Assembly (NCBI GenBank): GCA_964016885.1
Contig: OZ024740.1
Location: 163,680,001-163,744,000 of the forward strand
DNA length: 64,000 nt
Source: Eledone cirrhosa
Taxonomy: Eukaryota
Direction of reading: 5' to 3'
Shown here: positions 38,668 to 51,660 of the stretch, in pieces
Position numbering within the stretch: the stretch's first letter is position 1
Layout: each line of letters opens with the position of its first letter
Program-made: the position numbers and the translations under genes
Notes under the pieces: generated by a model
What the model was told of the DNA's origin: nothing
Seen by the model: the letters and a program-made list of their open reading frames with translations, nothing else
The model's database searches: none

Positions 38668-39689
38668 GTAAGAAATGGAATCAAAATGAAATAGCAACTT
38701 TGATGTTTTATTTGCATTATGTAAAATTAATCCTCATTTAGAAATATTTTAGCCATTTGTAGATTTTGTTAAAAGCAAGAATGTCAATTTAAAATTTATC
38801 ATGCAATGCCAGCAATCAAGTTGTCATTTCTTTTTTTAGTTAACATTTGGTCAGAATCCCTAAAAAATACATTTTTTTTTTTTTTTTACTATGACTATTT
38901 ATACACTGATACATTTGTCCACAGACAAATATGTATACATCGATGCTTATATATTCCAACACATGTACACACAATCTAATAACGTAACTTCTACATGGTT
39001 GCTCGACCTGCTACAAATAGCAGTCAATTCTTCTTCAAATCATATCCCACCTATCATCTTAAAAAGAAAGGAAGGACACATTAAATGATGTAGATTTAAA
39101 TAAATTATGTCTGAATAAAAGGCAATGATACAGCTGGAATGCTTTTTAACAGTAGGTCTGTCTACTCCACTAAGGTTGACATGGCATTAAACAACAACAA
39201 CAACACTGGTATACTTCTATATATAAATATATTGACACAGATCCATGCAATCACATTCCCACATTAATATAAACACAGTTATACACATTTACATACTTAC
39301 AAGGATATATTTCACTTTCCTTTAACTGTGCACAGCTAAAGTAATTTCAGTCAGCCCTAAAATAAATATATAGCAGCCCTCTAAACTACCATACTGCATC
39401 TATTTAATTTCAGTTTCATGTAGGATCACACTGCAATGTTTGATTATGTGATGTTTAATATATAAGTTTAGATTTGAACCCTCCAATTTGCTATCTGCTA
39501 TACTGTTGCATAGATGTAGGCAAAGCTATATGGCTAAGAAATTTGCTTTGTAGCCACATGGTTAGAAGGTTCAGTTCCAATTGCCTCAGGTCACTCAATG
39601 ATTTTTAGGGAACTTGGTAAACAGAAACAGTGAAGGGTAGACTAGGATGCCTGCATGTCTATGGCAATATTACATGGTAGTGAAACATG

Positions 39690-40470
39690 TAAATGCTAGA
39701 AATAAATGAAGCGAGTATGATGTAATGTTAGTGTGCATGAATAACATAATATGACCAAGCTGAGAGAAAAACTCTGTGTAAGAGGAATCTGATGTAGTGT
39801 GCAAGAGTGAAGACTGATGGTATGAACATGTGATGCATATGGAAGATGACAGCTATATAAAGAAGTACAGAGATACCTCAGTGGAAGAGGTAGAACTAGC
39901 AAGGTATGGAATGAAGTAATAAAGATCAATGTTAGGAAGCTGAATCTCACAACAAAGATAACAGTTACACCAGAGTAGTCAACAATAAGATACTCATGAA
40001 ATAGACCCTCTCAAATATACAGAAAGCTCACTAGAAGCAGTCGAAATTTTCACTAAGTGACCTCATAAGCAGTCAAAGTGGATGTACCAAAAGTACAATA
40101 GCCAGAATAAGAATGGGATGGAAGAAGTTCAGGGAGCTGTTACCTCTTCTAACACTAGATGTGTAATAGTATATGTGAACAGCAGAACACGAATGAGCTG
40201 AGAGAAAAGCTGAACATTAGAATACAGTGTTGTATGCAAGGGAGAGAATTGTGTTGATATGGTCATGTGATGTTTAAGTACGCTAGAGTTCTATAAAAAA
40301 AAAAAAGTGCTGAGTTCTTCAAGTAAATGTAATCTCTGGATGGGAGAAACCCCCCAAAACATAAGATGAAGTTATGATAAATGATTTCTAGAAACTGAAC
40401 TTAACGAAAGAGATGACACAGGACCAAACAGACTGGCAATGTGCCATAATACAAAACACCCATCTGGAAC
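39690..40470 (+). pseudogene. Two RTE LINE 3' remnants
   Basis: Degenerate RTE C-terminal coding (LREKL.VRGI..., GRGRTSKVWNEVI, IARIRMGWKKFRELLPLL). Confidence 0.6.
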
Positions 40471-40868
40471 ACTAAAAGTAAACAAGGTGAGAGACCAGAG
40501 ATTACAATATTGGCAATTGAACTGAAACAATGTGGTTTGAGAAGAATATTTCAGTTTGGACGAGAATATGACAACCTCTCTGGTGCTGGTCCCACAATAA
40601 AATGTACTCAGTTCACCCTGTATTAGTTCCACAAAAAAATGCACCCAACACACTCTGTGAATGGATATTTGTGATGCCATAAAAAACACACCCAGTACAT
40701 CCTGTAAGGTGGTTGGCATTAGGAAAGGCATCCAGCGATAGCAACTATGCCAAATATGGAACATATAAGTGAGATGAGGCCGCTCCAATACATCTGTTCT
40801 CAGGCCGTGATAACCCATCCAGCCTATGCCACAGCATGGAAGTTGGACATAAAATGATGTTGATAATT

Positions 40869-42223
40869 ATTTAGCAGATGATAAGGGTGTTTTAATGTAG
40901 TAACAAAGTTGTTAGAGGAAATAATGTAATTGTTATAACGCCACGAGTAATCAGTTTGGTAGAAAGATGTGTAAGTCATATCGACAAACGAATAACTTGA
41001 TAATAACGTCAACAAGAAGAATGTTTGTGAGATGAAAAGTATGTTTATTTTGTTGTAGCAACAAAGTAATGTTTGTTAATTTGTATGGTTGAAGTTAAAC
41101 ATAAAAAGGTTACAAAAGGAATGTGCCATTGTGCCAGGCCCGAGGCAGGCCGGCAGGCCAAAGTGCAAAATCTCAACGTTACATGTTGTACATGTTGTTC
41201 CTTCCAAGTTCAGGATGCGAGAGGCTGGTTCTTCAAATCCTCGCGGGGAATTTCTCCCTCATGGTGTGTAGGGATACATTCTCTTCTACTGGCGCTGATT
41301 GGCTGAGCTGAGCCAAATCAAGCACAGAGAATGTATGTGAGCCCGCGGAATGTAGGTCACTACAATACTCCCCCTCTAGTCGTAAGATGATACAGATTAT
41401 TGAATCAGCAGGAAAAAATGCTGAAAGAGCACATCAGTGAAAAAAAATAATTGAACAGAAGAATGCATGCAAGAAAAAAAATGAGGTGCTAAGGGCCGTG
41501 TTGAGCCGCTGTGTCAAATGACTAGCTGTTTTGTAGTTTATACGTGACCACCAAGGGTCTAACAGAAAATGGATAGTCATTTGACACAGCGGCTCAACAC
41601 GGCCCTTAACGCCTCATTTTTTTTCTTGCATGCATTCTTCTGTTCAATTATTTTTTTCACTGATGTGCTCTTTCAGCATTTTTTTCTGCTGATTCAATAA
41701 TCTGTATCGTCTTACGACTAGAGGGGGAGTATTGTAGTGACCTACATTCCACGGGCTCACATACATTTTCTGTGCGTGATTTGGCTCAGCTCAGCCAATC
41801 AGCGCCAGTAGAAGAGAATGTATCCCTACACACCATGAGGGAGAAATTCCCCGCGAGATTTGAAGAACCAGCCTCTCGCATCCTGAACTTCGAAGGAACA
41901 ACATGTACATGTAACGTTGAGATTTTGCACTTTGGCCTGCTGGCCTGCCTCGGGCCTGGCACAATGGCACATTCCTTTTGTAACCTTTTTATGTTTAACT
42001 TCAACCATACAAATTAACAAACATTACTTTGTTGCTACAACAAAATAAACATACTTTTCATCTCACGAACATTCTTCTTGTTGACGTTATTATCAAGTTA
42101 CTCGTGTGTCGATATGACTAACACATCTTTCTACCAAACTGATTACTCGTGGCGTTATAACAATTACATTATTTCCTCTAACAACTTTGTTACTACATTA
42201 AAACACCCTTATCATCTGCTAAA
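40869..42223. repeat. Near-perfect fold-back inverted repeat (~650-bp arms, ~48-bp spacer)
   Basis: 40869-41525 is the reverse complement of 41574-42223. Confidence 0.95.
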
Positions 42224-43895
42224 TTGGTGACCTGACGTGAGGAATATTGTAAATACAAAATATTCCTTTTAAAATTAAAAAAAATTAGCAGTATTTAAAA
42301 AAATTTTCGCCACAAGGAAATTTCAAAATTGCTACCACCAAGTACTTCTCTACTACCAGCCATCAGCAGCAACACATGGCTATCACCACTACCAAATACA
42401 TCAGCAGCAGCGACAACACATGGTTAACTACTAACCAACAACAGGGAATAGCGATGTGGCAGCCTTGTAACTTTACCGACGCAACCACCATACCTTCTGT
42501 CTCGTTACCACAGGGACTCGAGAAATTAAGACATCAGTCTTCTCACCACTATGGCCTCAGACGTGACTGGCATATTGGTGACTCTAGGCTCTTCAACGCT
42601 CGACTTCGATTCTACAGAAAATTCACTGTGACTTTGCTTTAACAACAACAACAACAACTCTACTAGCTTCCTAGTAAGAGCGATCCCAAAGAAAAGAAAA
42701 AGCGAACTTTGTTTCAAGAAACAATTATTTCTTTCTTTCTCTATTTACAGGCAATGTCCGGACATTTATTCTTTTAGAACTGCATTATATGAAAATTTAC
42801 TTTTTTTTATCATTGTATATATGACTGCATCATTTTCTTTATCATTGTATATATGACTGCACCCACACATTCTTTGCTGTATTACATGCCTGCATATGCA
42901 CACATATTTCTTTGACACACACCAACATGTTGTTCTTAGTATATGTTCTTCAAATGTAATATTCTGCGAGATCCCTTTTCACTTGGTTGAGGTGCCGACA
43001 CATGCTAGCGACTCATAGAGCTTAGTTCACCTGGACTCAAACAGGCACCGCAACACGAGAACTGCTAATTGCAGCTGGATTCAAACAGCTTCGCATCTCG
43101 TTGCACACTCATCGTCCATAACAACCTCCATCTTGTTACCTTACCCGACTCACTGGGAAAATAACAAATGGAACTGGACCTGTCAGCATTTCCACCACTT
43201 CTGTGTGTTCGCCAGAATTATGGAATTTACACTGCAACTACTACCCACCTACAGATTCAACTTGCTTTTTTCTTTTCAAAGCAACCAACCATTTTTTCCT
43301 GGCTGCCTAGCACTTTCGGCAATACATCTGGGAGACCGACATTTTCTCGCCTACCCATCATCTTCTTGCCAGCACTGGTAAACTACCATAATAGCTTCAT
43401 CCACAGCTACTGGTACAACATTTAATGCAAGAACAGCAACTTCGCCCATGTCAGACTTTATCCGTTTTCTGTTAGACCCTTGGTGGTCATGTATAAACTA
43501 CAAAACACCTAGTCATTTGACACAGCGGCTCAACACGGCCCTTAGCGCCTCATTTTTTTTCTTGCATGCATTCTTCTGTTCAATTATTTTTTTTCACTGA
43601 TGTGCTCTTTCAGCATTTTTTCCTGCTGATTCAATAATCTGTATTGTCTTACGACTAGAGGGGGAGTATTGTAGTGACCTACATTCCGCGGGCTCACATA
43701 CATTCTCTGTGCGTGATTTGGCTCAGCTCAGCCAATCAGCGCCAGTAGAAGAGAATGTATCCCTACGCGCCCTGAGGGAGAAATTCCCCATGAGGATTTG
43801 AAGAATCAGCCTCTCGCATCCTGAACTTGGAAAGAACAACACGTACAACATGTAATGGTGAGATTTTGCACTTTAGCCTGCCGGCCTGCCTCGGG
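41574..43895 (+). mobile_element. Non-coding LTR retroelement (TRIM/LARD-like) in a tandem arrangement
   Basis: PPT AGAGGGGGAG, then LTR TGTAGTGACC (41734-42223), then PBS TGGTGACCTGACGTGA (tRNA-Trp-like). The internal region has no ORF, followed by a second PPT and a truncated LTR (43670-43895). Confidence 0.8.
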
Positions 43896-45450
43896 TTCAC
43901 ATACAATTATATATATATCCTACCACATTTGACATATACACATGCCTTCATACTTACCATCCTTCTTACCCCATACCACTCCTATCAGTCTTGGAGGCCT
44001 CAAAGTAAATTAAATGAAACAAAAAGAAATAATATCAGTCATCATCATCATTTTACGTCCACTTTTGGTAATTAATTTATTTGAAAACAACTTTCCCCTT
44101 CCCCCAAATTGCTGGCTTTGTGCCAGTTTTAGAAAGAATTATATTTTTCAGCTTCGTGTTTGATAAGTTCAACATAAAAACACTTAAAATATACTTTAAT
44201 GTACCTACATTTCAATAGAAACCTTATTAATATATTTCTTTCTCCTCTTTACAGCAAGAGGTAAACAACAAAACCCCATTGAAAAAATGAATGATTGTTT
44301 AGAGAAATGCACAGGAATGCTCGGATCAAAGCTCAGAACTGGAGCTGCTCTTCTCCCAGAATTGACCACAAGAGGCAAGTAAAAATATAAATAATATTTG
44401 CATGCAGTACCTTTTGTAGAATGGTTGGTATTAGGAAGAGCATTCAATTGTAGAAATCATGCCAAAAAGGATTGTGAGGACTGTTCAGTTATGTCTAAAG
44501 TCATGACAACTTTTCTGGTGCTAGTACCATGATAAAATGTAACCTAGTACACTCTGAAATGATTAGCATTAGGAAGGACGTCCAGTCCTAGAAACCATGC
44601 AAAAATGAAACATATTGAAAGATATGTGGTCCCCCTATCCATCTAGGAGGACAATAGCTTTGATTATTTACTGACTTAGTTCATAATAATCCATCCAATT
44701 AGCATGAGAAATTGTGTAAAATAATGATGATGCTCATCATCAGTTATTTCTATGAACAAATATGTTGTAATGGATAATAATTGTACAATTTTTGTAATAG
44801 ACAAACAACATATCCAAGGAGATAAATTTCTAATATCTTACAAATTAAATTAGTATAGATATAAAATATCTTTAGAATGCTTGAATGCTCAGTATTATAA
44901 AGAACATTGATCACTATTTTCATATTTTTTAAACAGTAAATTAACTACTGTATTTGTTTTTTTAAAGAAAGGACAATTCACACTTGAGCCAGTTCACTTT
45001 AATGACAATCTCATTCCTTATGCACACTCTGTGATTTTGAAATGAATCAGGAATATTACATGATTTAATACACAACATATCCACCCTGTCAGGAGGTCAT
45101 ACAGGTTCCACAACATAAAGCACCCAGTGCACCCTGTAAGGTGGTCATAGTGGTCCCATGACAAAAAGTACCCAGTCCACCCTGTAAGGTGGTAGTGCTG
45201 GTGCCATGAAAGAAACTTGCAGTATATATTGTATTTTGATTGGCATCAGGAAGGGCATCCAGACATAGAAAACTAGGCTGTAATCAGATCGTATGAACAA
45301 AACATAGTCACCTAACCTGTCTCACCTCATGATGTGACAACCTGTCTAACCCATACCAGCATGGAAAATAAACATTGAATGGTGGTGATGATGAGTGTAT
45401 GTTCAACTTTTTGAACTCCTTCCACTCAGTTCTAACTTTAATTATTATGC

Positions 45451-45622
45451 TGGTGGATTGGCAGTATCGGTAGAGGGTCGGATGCCCTGCTATCCAGCAT
45501 AGTTATGTCCCTTTACGGTCTGAGTTCAAATCCCGCCGAGGTTAACTTTGCGGGGTCGATAAAATAAAGTACCAGTAATGTACTGAAATAATTGCTGGCC
45601 TTGTGCCAAAAGTAGAAACAAT
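45451..45622 (+). mobile_element. Nin-like SINE
   Basis: Consensus match; TSD AATTATTATGCTG. Confidence 0.88.
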
Positions 45623-45745
45623 TATTATGCTGTTGGTGCAACCAGCTCTAGCATTATGTCTGTGAAACCTGCTGTTACTACTGTTGATTGTGTATTGAGT
45701 ATATGGGGTTTGGCTGTGACTAATTAGATCATCTAGATAATATAA

Positions 45746-45936
45746 TAATTGTTTCTACTTTTGGCACAAGGCCAGCAATTACCCAGTGCATTACTGGTAC
45801 TTTATTTTATCGACCCCGTAAGGATGAAAGGCAAAGTTAACCTCGGCGGGATTTGAACTCAGAATGGCAAGGGCCGTAACTCTATGCGTCAAAGTATGGC
45901 GTCTGACCCTCTACCGATACTGCCAACCCACCACCC
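45746..45936 (-). mobile_element. Nin-like SINE
   Basis: Consensus match; TSD CTAGATAATATA. Confidence 0.9.
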
Positions 45937-46027
45937 TAGATAATATAATAATAGATAATATAATAATACTCATAATAATGAGGATACAAAATGTGATAAA
46001 TGTTTGTACTATTATATTTTGAATCAG

Positions 46028-46290
46028 GTTATCTCACCATTGACAGCCTTTATCCACAAGAAACTGTTGAACTCCATGATCCTTTGCCTATTTTCTGCAA
46101 TGATACATCTGAGAAGAACTACAGCAAAATTTTGAAAAGGACTGATCTGCCATTATTTGCATACAAGTGTACCCCAAAACCTAAAACTAAAATGGAAGAA
46201 TTAAAAGCTACTCAGATGTCTGCTGGATTAGAACCTATTATTAATTATAAAAGTGAACATAAAAGGTGTTATCTTACACCTTTCTCTTAA
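46028..46290 (+). CDS. Terminal exon 5 of the unrecognised gene
   Basis: Acceptor TTTTGAATCAG|, phase 1 (G|GT). Stop TAA at 46288-46290; AATAAA at 46553. Confidence 0.75.
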
Positions 46291-46984
46291 TTATTTCAAG
46301 GAACTATATATAAATTTGATTATATAATCCAGCTACTGATACTACTAGATTTCTAAATGTCACTTTTCACAATTCACTTTCACTTTTCACTTTCACTTTT
46401 CACTTTCACTTTTCACAATTCACTTGAAAACATCAGGAAACTATATAGGTCATGATTTTGTGATGCTTCACCATTATATTTCCTTAACCTACTTATTATT
46501 TCCATATGTGCTTTGAATCAACTGAAAATATATTGCATATATTTACTGTATGAATAAATATATATTGTTTACAGATAATATATTGTTCTTTTTGTGTAAT
46601 AAGAATTTAGTAATAAGGAATAAACTCAAATGTTCTTTTTTTTTTGCTTACAATTACAAATACTACTAGTTTCTGAGTAATTGAAGCTGTTTATATATTA
46701 ATATAATTGTCTCTACTTTTGGCCAAAGTCCCACAATTGTCTCAGTGCATTACTGGAGGATATTCAGTTCAGAAGTTTATGTTTTCAAGTTGCTTTGTAG
46801 TTAGTGAATTTATCTCTGTTAGTAACTGTGAACTATAATGTTTAAGACGATACATTAAAGATAGGAAGTCCAAGAAGCATGAGGCTAGAAGAAACAGTTG
46901 GTAATGTTTGGGCTAGAGGTTTGAACATATAATTTCTACCGGCGTTTTGAAAAAGAAAATCATCTCTCTCGACCAAATTTCATC

Positions 46985-47399
46985 ATGAGCAACACATCGT
47001 TACCAGCGTATTCTGGCGATGCCAAATTGTGGTTCGCCCAGCTTGATGCGTATTTTGCGGTCAACGGAGTACAGGAAAAAACAGCAAAAATTAAACGTGC
47101 TAATCAGCGGAATTCCAACTTCACTAGCGATTACAGTAAAAGACATAATCACAGGGTTATTTACTTTGGTTAACGCCACTGCAGGCCTACCACAAATTTA
47201 ATTTGATACAGATATAAGGTTAACAAACTCGTGAGTGAGTGAACTGTCCGAGAGCCGTCGCCAAATAAGCTAAGATGTCTCTTTTCTCCCTCCTTTATAA
47301 TCCCTAGACCGGAAGTTCAAGGAATCCTCTAGAATTCAACTAATTGGAGTAACTCCAATTAGTTTTTTCTCCCCGGGCAAGGTGGCGCTAGTCGCTACA
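46985..47399. mobile_element. Gypsy gag N-terminal remnant abutting a short LTR (47204-47399)
   Basis: LPAYSGDAKLWFAQLDAYF resembles a Gypsy gag N-terminus. The adjacent segment is bounded by TGATAC...GCTACA. Confidence 0.5.
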
Positions 47400-47500
47400 A
47401 GGTGATCTTCCCCAAAAAGCTGTCGGTATTTAATGGTAAGTAGCAGGATTTCCTAAAATGTGAGGAATTGTTTGTGGTAAGGAATCAATATATATATATA

Positions 47501-47703
47501 GGCACAAAGCCAGTAATTTAGGGGGAGGGGAAAGTCGATTAAATCGACCCCAATACGTTACTGGTGCTTTATTTTATCGACCCTGTAAGGATGAAAGGCA
47601 AAGTTAACCTCGGCGGGATTTGAACTCAGACTGTAAAGGACCGTAACTCTATGTTGCAAAGCATGGTGTCCGACTCTCTACCGACTTGCTAATCCACTGC
47701 CCT
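47501..47703 (-). mobile_element. Nin-like SINE
   Basis: Reverse complement of the consensus. Confidence 0.85.
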
Positions 47704-49344
47704 TTATATATTAATATAATGTAACTAACACATGTTTTGAAACTTGCTGCTTCTGCTGTTGTTTGTATATCAAGTACATAATATTTGGCTCTGATTAATT
47801 AATTCTTAACATCCTATAATGATTTAGTATAAACTGTCTGAAAATGGAGTCTCTTAATTCAAATGATTATAGTATCTTTATTTGTGGACAGATCATTGTA
47901 ATAAATCGCAATATTACAGTTTATAATTTTCAATGTGATGCAGTTGTGTACTTTTCAATAATGTCTTGCTGATGTGGTTTCATGTAGTACAAGACATTAA
48001 GAATTGTTTGTTTCAATTTCCTTCTTCTGTCAACTTACATTGGGTATGAAGGCAGGTGTGTCACCTAACCTATTAATTATAGATTTTGTGTACTGTTATT
48101 CTATTATGTCTTGCAAAGCTTACTAACACCTGTTGTCACTGATACATTCAGGTGTGTAGCCATTGGTGTTTACACTTTCATTTACCTTTACATGCAAGAA
48201 AATTCATTAGAAGCCTAGGACTCATCAATATCAGTTAATTAAATCAACTCCAGTACTTAGAAGACATTTTATTTTATCAACCCAGGCAGTCACTGACAGA
48301 AAGTACATAGGAGTGCAATATTTCATCTTGGTCTATTATACCTATTAATTGAGGTAGAGTGCCAAATGCTCTTTATCGCCAGGTGCTCAGAGTCCCTGCT
48401 ATGCTACTATGCATACTCCCAATGATTAATTCAGAGGATCAGTAACTGCTCTGATTTGACAAAGTCCATCTTACTTACCTCTATATAGAAGCCATTTGTA
48501 TCTACAGGCATAAAGACAAGCCAGTGAGAGGTTCAATGACAGAAATAGCAGCCAAATCTCCCTCAAATCACACCTTGCCGTCTTTAAACAATGATACAGA
48601 CTGTAATTATAGATATAGAAAAAAGATCAAATAGTCATGACTGGAATGCTTTTGACCAGGGCAGACTTAGTGGTTAAATAACAACATGCATACAGAAATT
48701 GACTGGACAGTGGAAAGACTAACCTTTCACATATTACTACAACTTCTACACATAGTTAACCACAGCATGTCTGTGTGTGCAACACTGTCCTCAGGCAATG
48801 ATATGGTATATTTGAACCAATAGCTCTGAGTTGTAACTAGTCATTCATTTGACTATGTGTGTTATAGGTCTAAGAATTAATACGTTATTGTTGTGTTACT
48901 ATAATAACACAACAATAACTTATTAATTCTTAACATCCTGTTATGATTTAGAAGAAAATATCTAAAAATGGGTTCATTAAATTAAATGTTTATAGTAAGC
49001 ATCTTTATTAGTGGACAGTTTGTTGTGAAAATTTACAATATTAAAGAAACATTAATTTTTAATGTGATGTAGTTGTAACAAATAAGTGGAATTCAGTTGT
49101 AATGGATAGATGGGTTTGTTGGTATGATGGTTTCAATGCAAAGAATAATACCAGGATTGTGTTGTTACAATGTTTATTTTATAACAATATTCAATTTGAA
49201 TATTGAATGATAAAATCTATAACATGAAATATTTGTACAATAAGTTGGTGGCTCTTCAAGCCATGTAAATACAAGTATCACAGAATACTATATAATATAA
49301 TTTGTATTGTATCTGAAAGATACAATATGACAGACAGTAATGGT

Positions 49345-51660
49345 TATAACGGTGTCGAAGATTCAAAACCGAATCTGAGCTTTCCCGCCTCTGGGACAAG
49401 CCGTGGTTAGTTGTTTACACCCAGCAGACCAACCCCTTGGGAGATGCTAAACACAGGTCAGAGGTTGTTTACGCCTGGCAGAAAATAGGTCAGAGGATAT
49501 ATCCATCTTTCTGAGTTGTTTACGCCTGGCAAACCAACCCCTTGGGAGATACTAACCAAAGATCAGAGGATATATCTATCCTTCTAACTTCAACCCTTAT
49601 AAATACAAGTGTTGTTTACGACTCGGGCAGAAAAAAAGTGATATACAGACAAGACAAGTCGCATTTACAAGCTCTCGTCACGAAAAACCAGTCTGCATAC
49701 TATTTTCTCACACACCTTATATGCCTGGCTGAGTGATTACTACTACTGCTAAAACAAGAAAGTATACAAATACTCACACATGCATACACAGTAAGTTGAC
49801 ACTGCTTGCATTTTTATACGTACCATTTCTGTTACATTGTATATTTCAGATACAATACAAATTATCTTATAATCGTATTCTGTGATACTTGTATTTACGT
49901 GGCTCGAAGAGCCACCTACTTATTGTACGAATATTTCATGTTATAGATTTTATCATTCAATATTCAAATTGAATATTGTTATAATAAAATAAACATTGTA
50001 ACAACACAATCCTGGTATTATTCTTTGCATTGAAACCACCATACCAACAATTCCATCTATCCACTTATCGTTACAACCCAAATATTCGTTACAACTGGTG
50101 ACCCCGTAAAACAGACACACAACCTTCTGATTATTCACTACAAACGATGTCTCTAGCACACGACGATTCATCTACGGCAGAAATGGCAGTCCGGGTGGCG
50201 TTTACATTAAGGAAACCACGATTCTGGGTGCATAATCCAACACTGTGGTTCGCACACATCAAAGCGCAGTTCGCATCGAACCAGATCGTTAGCGAGGCAT
50301 CTCGTCTAAAACATGTTATTGGTTCGATGTCTCCGGTGATTATGAATGAGGCTCGAGACCTCATTTTAGCACCACCCGGCTCTGTGTCATATGACACATT
50401 TAAAACAACGTCGGAGTCGCAGCAGAAACGCTTGTACCAACTCCTCATATCGGAGGAATTAGGAGATAAAAAGCCAACGCAACTCCTACGGCGAATGAAG
50501 CAGCTCCTGGGAGAACATAAACTCCCGGATGAAATTTTCAAGCAACTCTTCCTCCAGCATTTGCTATCTGTCATACAATTTGTCTTAGCGTCCACCAGGG
50601 AGTCCACCACCATTGAAGAACTCGCCGAGCTGGCAGATAAGATCAGGGAGGTACCACATCCACACTCAACTTTAGCGAATGTGACACCAGCCGTACCTTC
50701 CACCAATCCTTTCCTTCAGCCCTCCAGTGCCACAGAGAGGCTCGATCTACACCAGTTACTGGCACAGCAAGCAACACAGATACAGGCCTTAACGCAACAA
50801 ATTCAGGCCTTGTCACTGGATAACACTGCCACGAATCGGTCTAACAGTCGAACCCGACGATCTGGTAGTCGCTCAAGAAGTCCGAGCATATCCCGTGATT
50901 CACCAGAAATGTGTTGGTACCACCAAAAATTCGGAGGACGGGCGCGCAAGTGCAGCCATCTCTGTTCATTTGTTTCAAAATGAATCAGGGAAATGACACA
51001 GCTAGAAAAGTCGCCTATTTTTCATTCAGGATCGCGTTACACGCACGCGTTTCCTGGTCGGCATCATTCCAGTTTCTTGCGTTCCTGGAAAAAGGAATGA
51101 GACACCAGCATGGCTCCATGCGGTGAATCATTCACATATTCCGACCTACACTCAATTTGGGACTACTGATTTTCTTCAGCACTTCTCACTGCTAGTGGAC
51201 CTGAAAAACCAATGACTCGTTGACAATTCCACTGGTCTCGCTGTGGATAGCCGCTTGGACAGCCACAGTCAGTCCAGTTATTTCACGATCGGCAACAATA
51301 ACGCGGCACAGCTATATAATCAACAAATACCCAGACGTAGCTCAACAAGTATTCAACGCCTGCCCTGTAAAACATAACGTCACCCACCACATAGAAACAC
51401 ATGGCCCACCTGTCCCTGCACTACCTAGAAGGCTACCACCAGACCATCTGAAGTCCGTCAGACAAGAATTTCAACACATGCTGGATCTCAGCATCATATG
51501 TCCGTCCAGCAGCAACTGGTCCTCACCCATACATTGTGTACCCAAGAAGTCGTCGAACAACTGGCGAATCTGTGGCGACTACCGTACACTGAACAACTGC
51601 ACCATGCCTGACTCTTATCCAGTGCCTCATCTAAAGGACTTCTCTGGCTCGCTGCACAAC
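49345..51660 (+). mobile_element. 5' half of a Ty3/Gypsy element (CsRN1-like clade): LTR, PBS, gag, protease/RT start
   Basis: LTR 49345-~50094 ending GTTACA, then PBS TGGTGACCCCG. gag has a CHCC motif. RT N-terminus [25 protein letters not shown]. Confidence 0.88.
50147..50983 (+). CDS. Gypsy Gag (retrotransposon)
   Basis: FWVHNPTLWFAHIKAQF, ELGDKKPTQLLRRM and CWYHQKFGGRARKCSHLC. Confidence 0.85.
   Translation: MSLAHDDSSTAEMAVRVAFTLRKPRFWVHNPTLWFAHIKAQFASNQIVSEASRLKHVIGSMSPVIMNEARDLILAPPGSVSYDTFKTTSESQQKRLYQLLISEELGDKKPTQLLRRMKQLLGEHKLPDEIFKQLFLQHLLSVIQFVLASTRESTTIEELAELADKIREVPHPHSTLANVTPAVPSTNPFLQPSSATERLDLHQLLAQQATQIQALTQQIQALSLDNTATNRSNSRTRRSGSRSRSPSISRDSPEMCWYHQKFGGRARKCSHLCSFVSK

Noticed and set aside
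46361-46425. (CACTTTT)n minisatellite in the putative 3' UTR
   Set aside because: Simple tandem repeat with no evidence of function.
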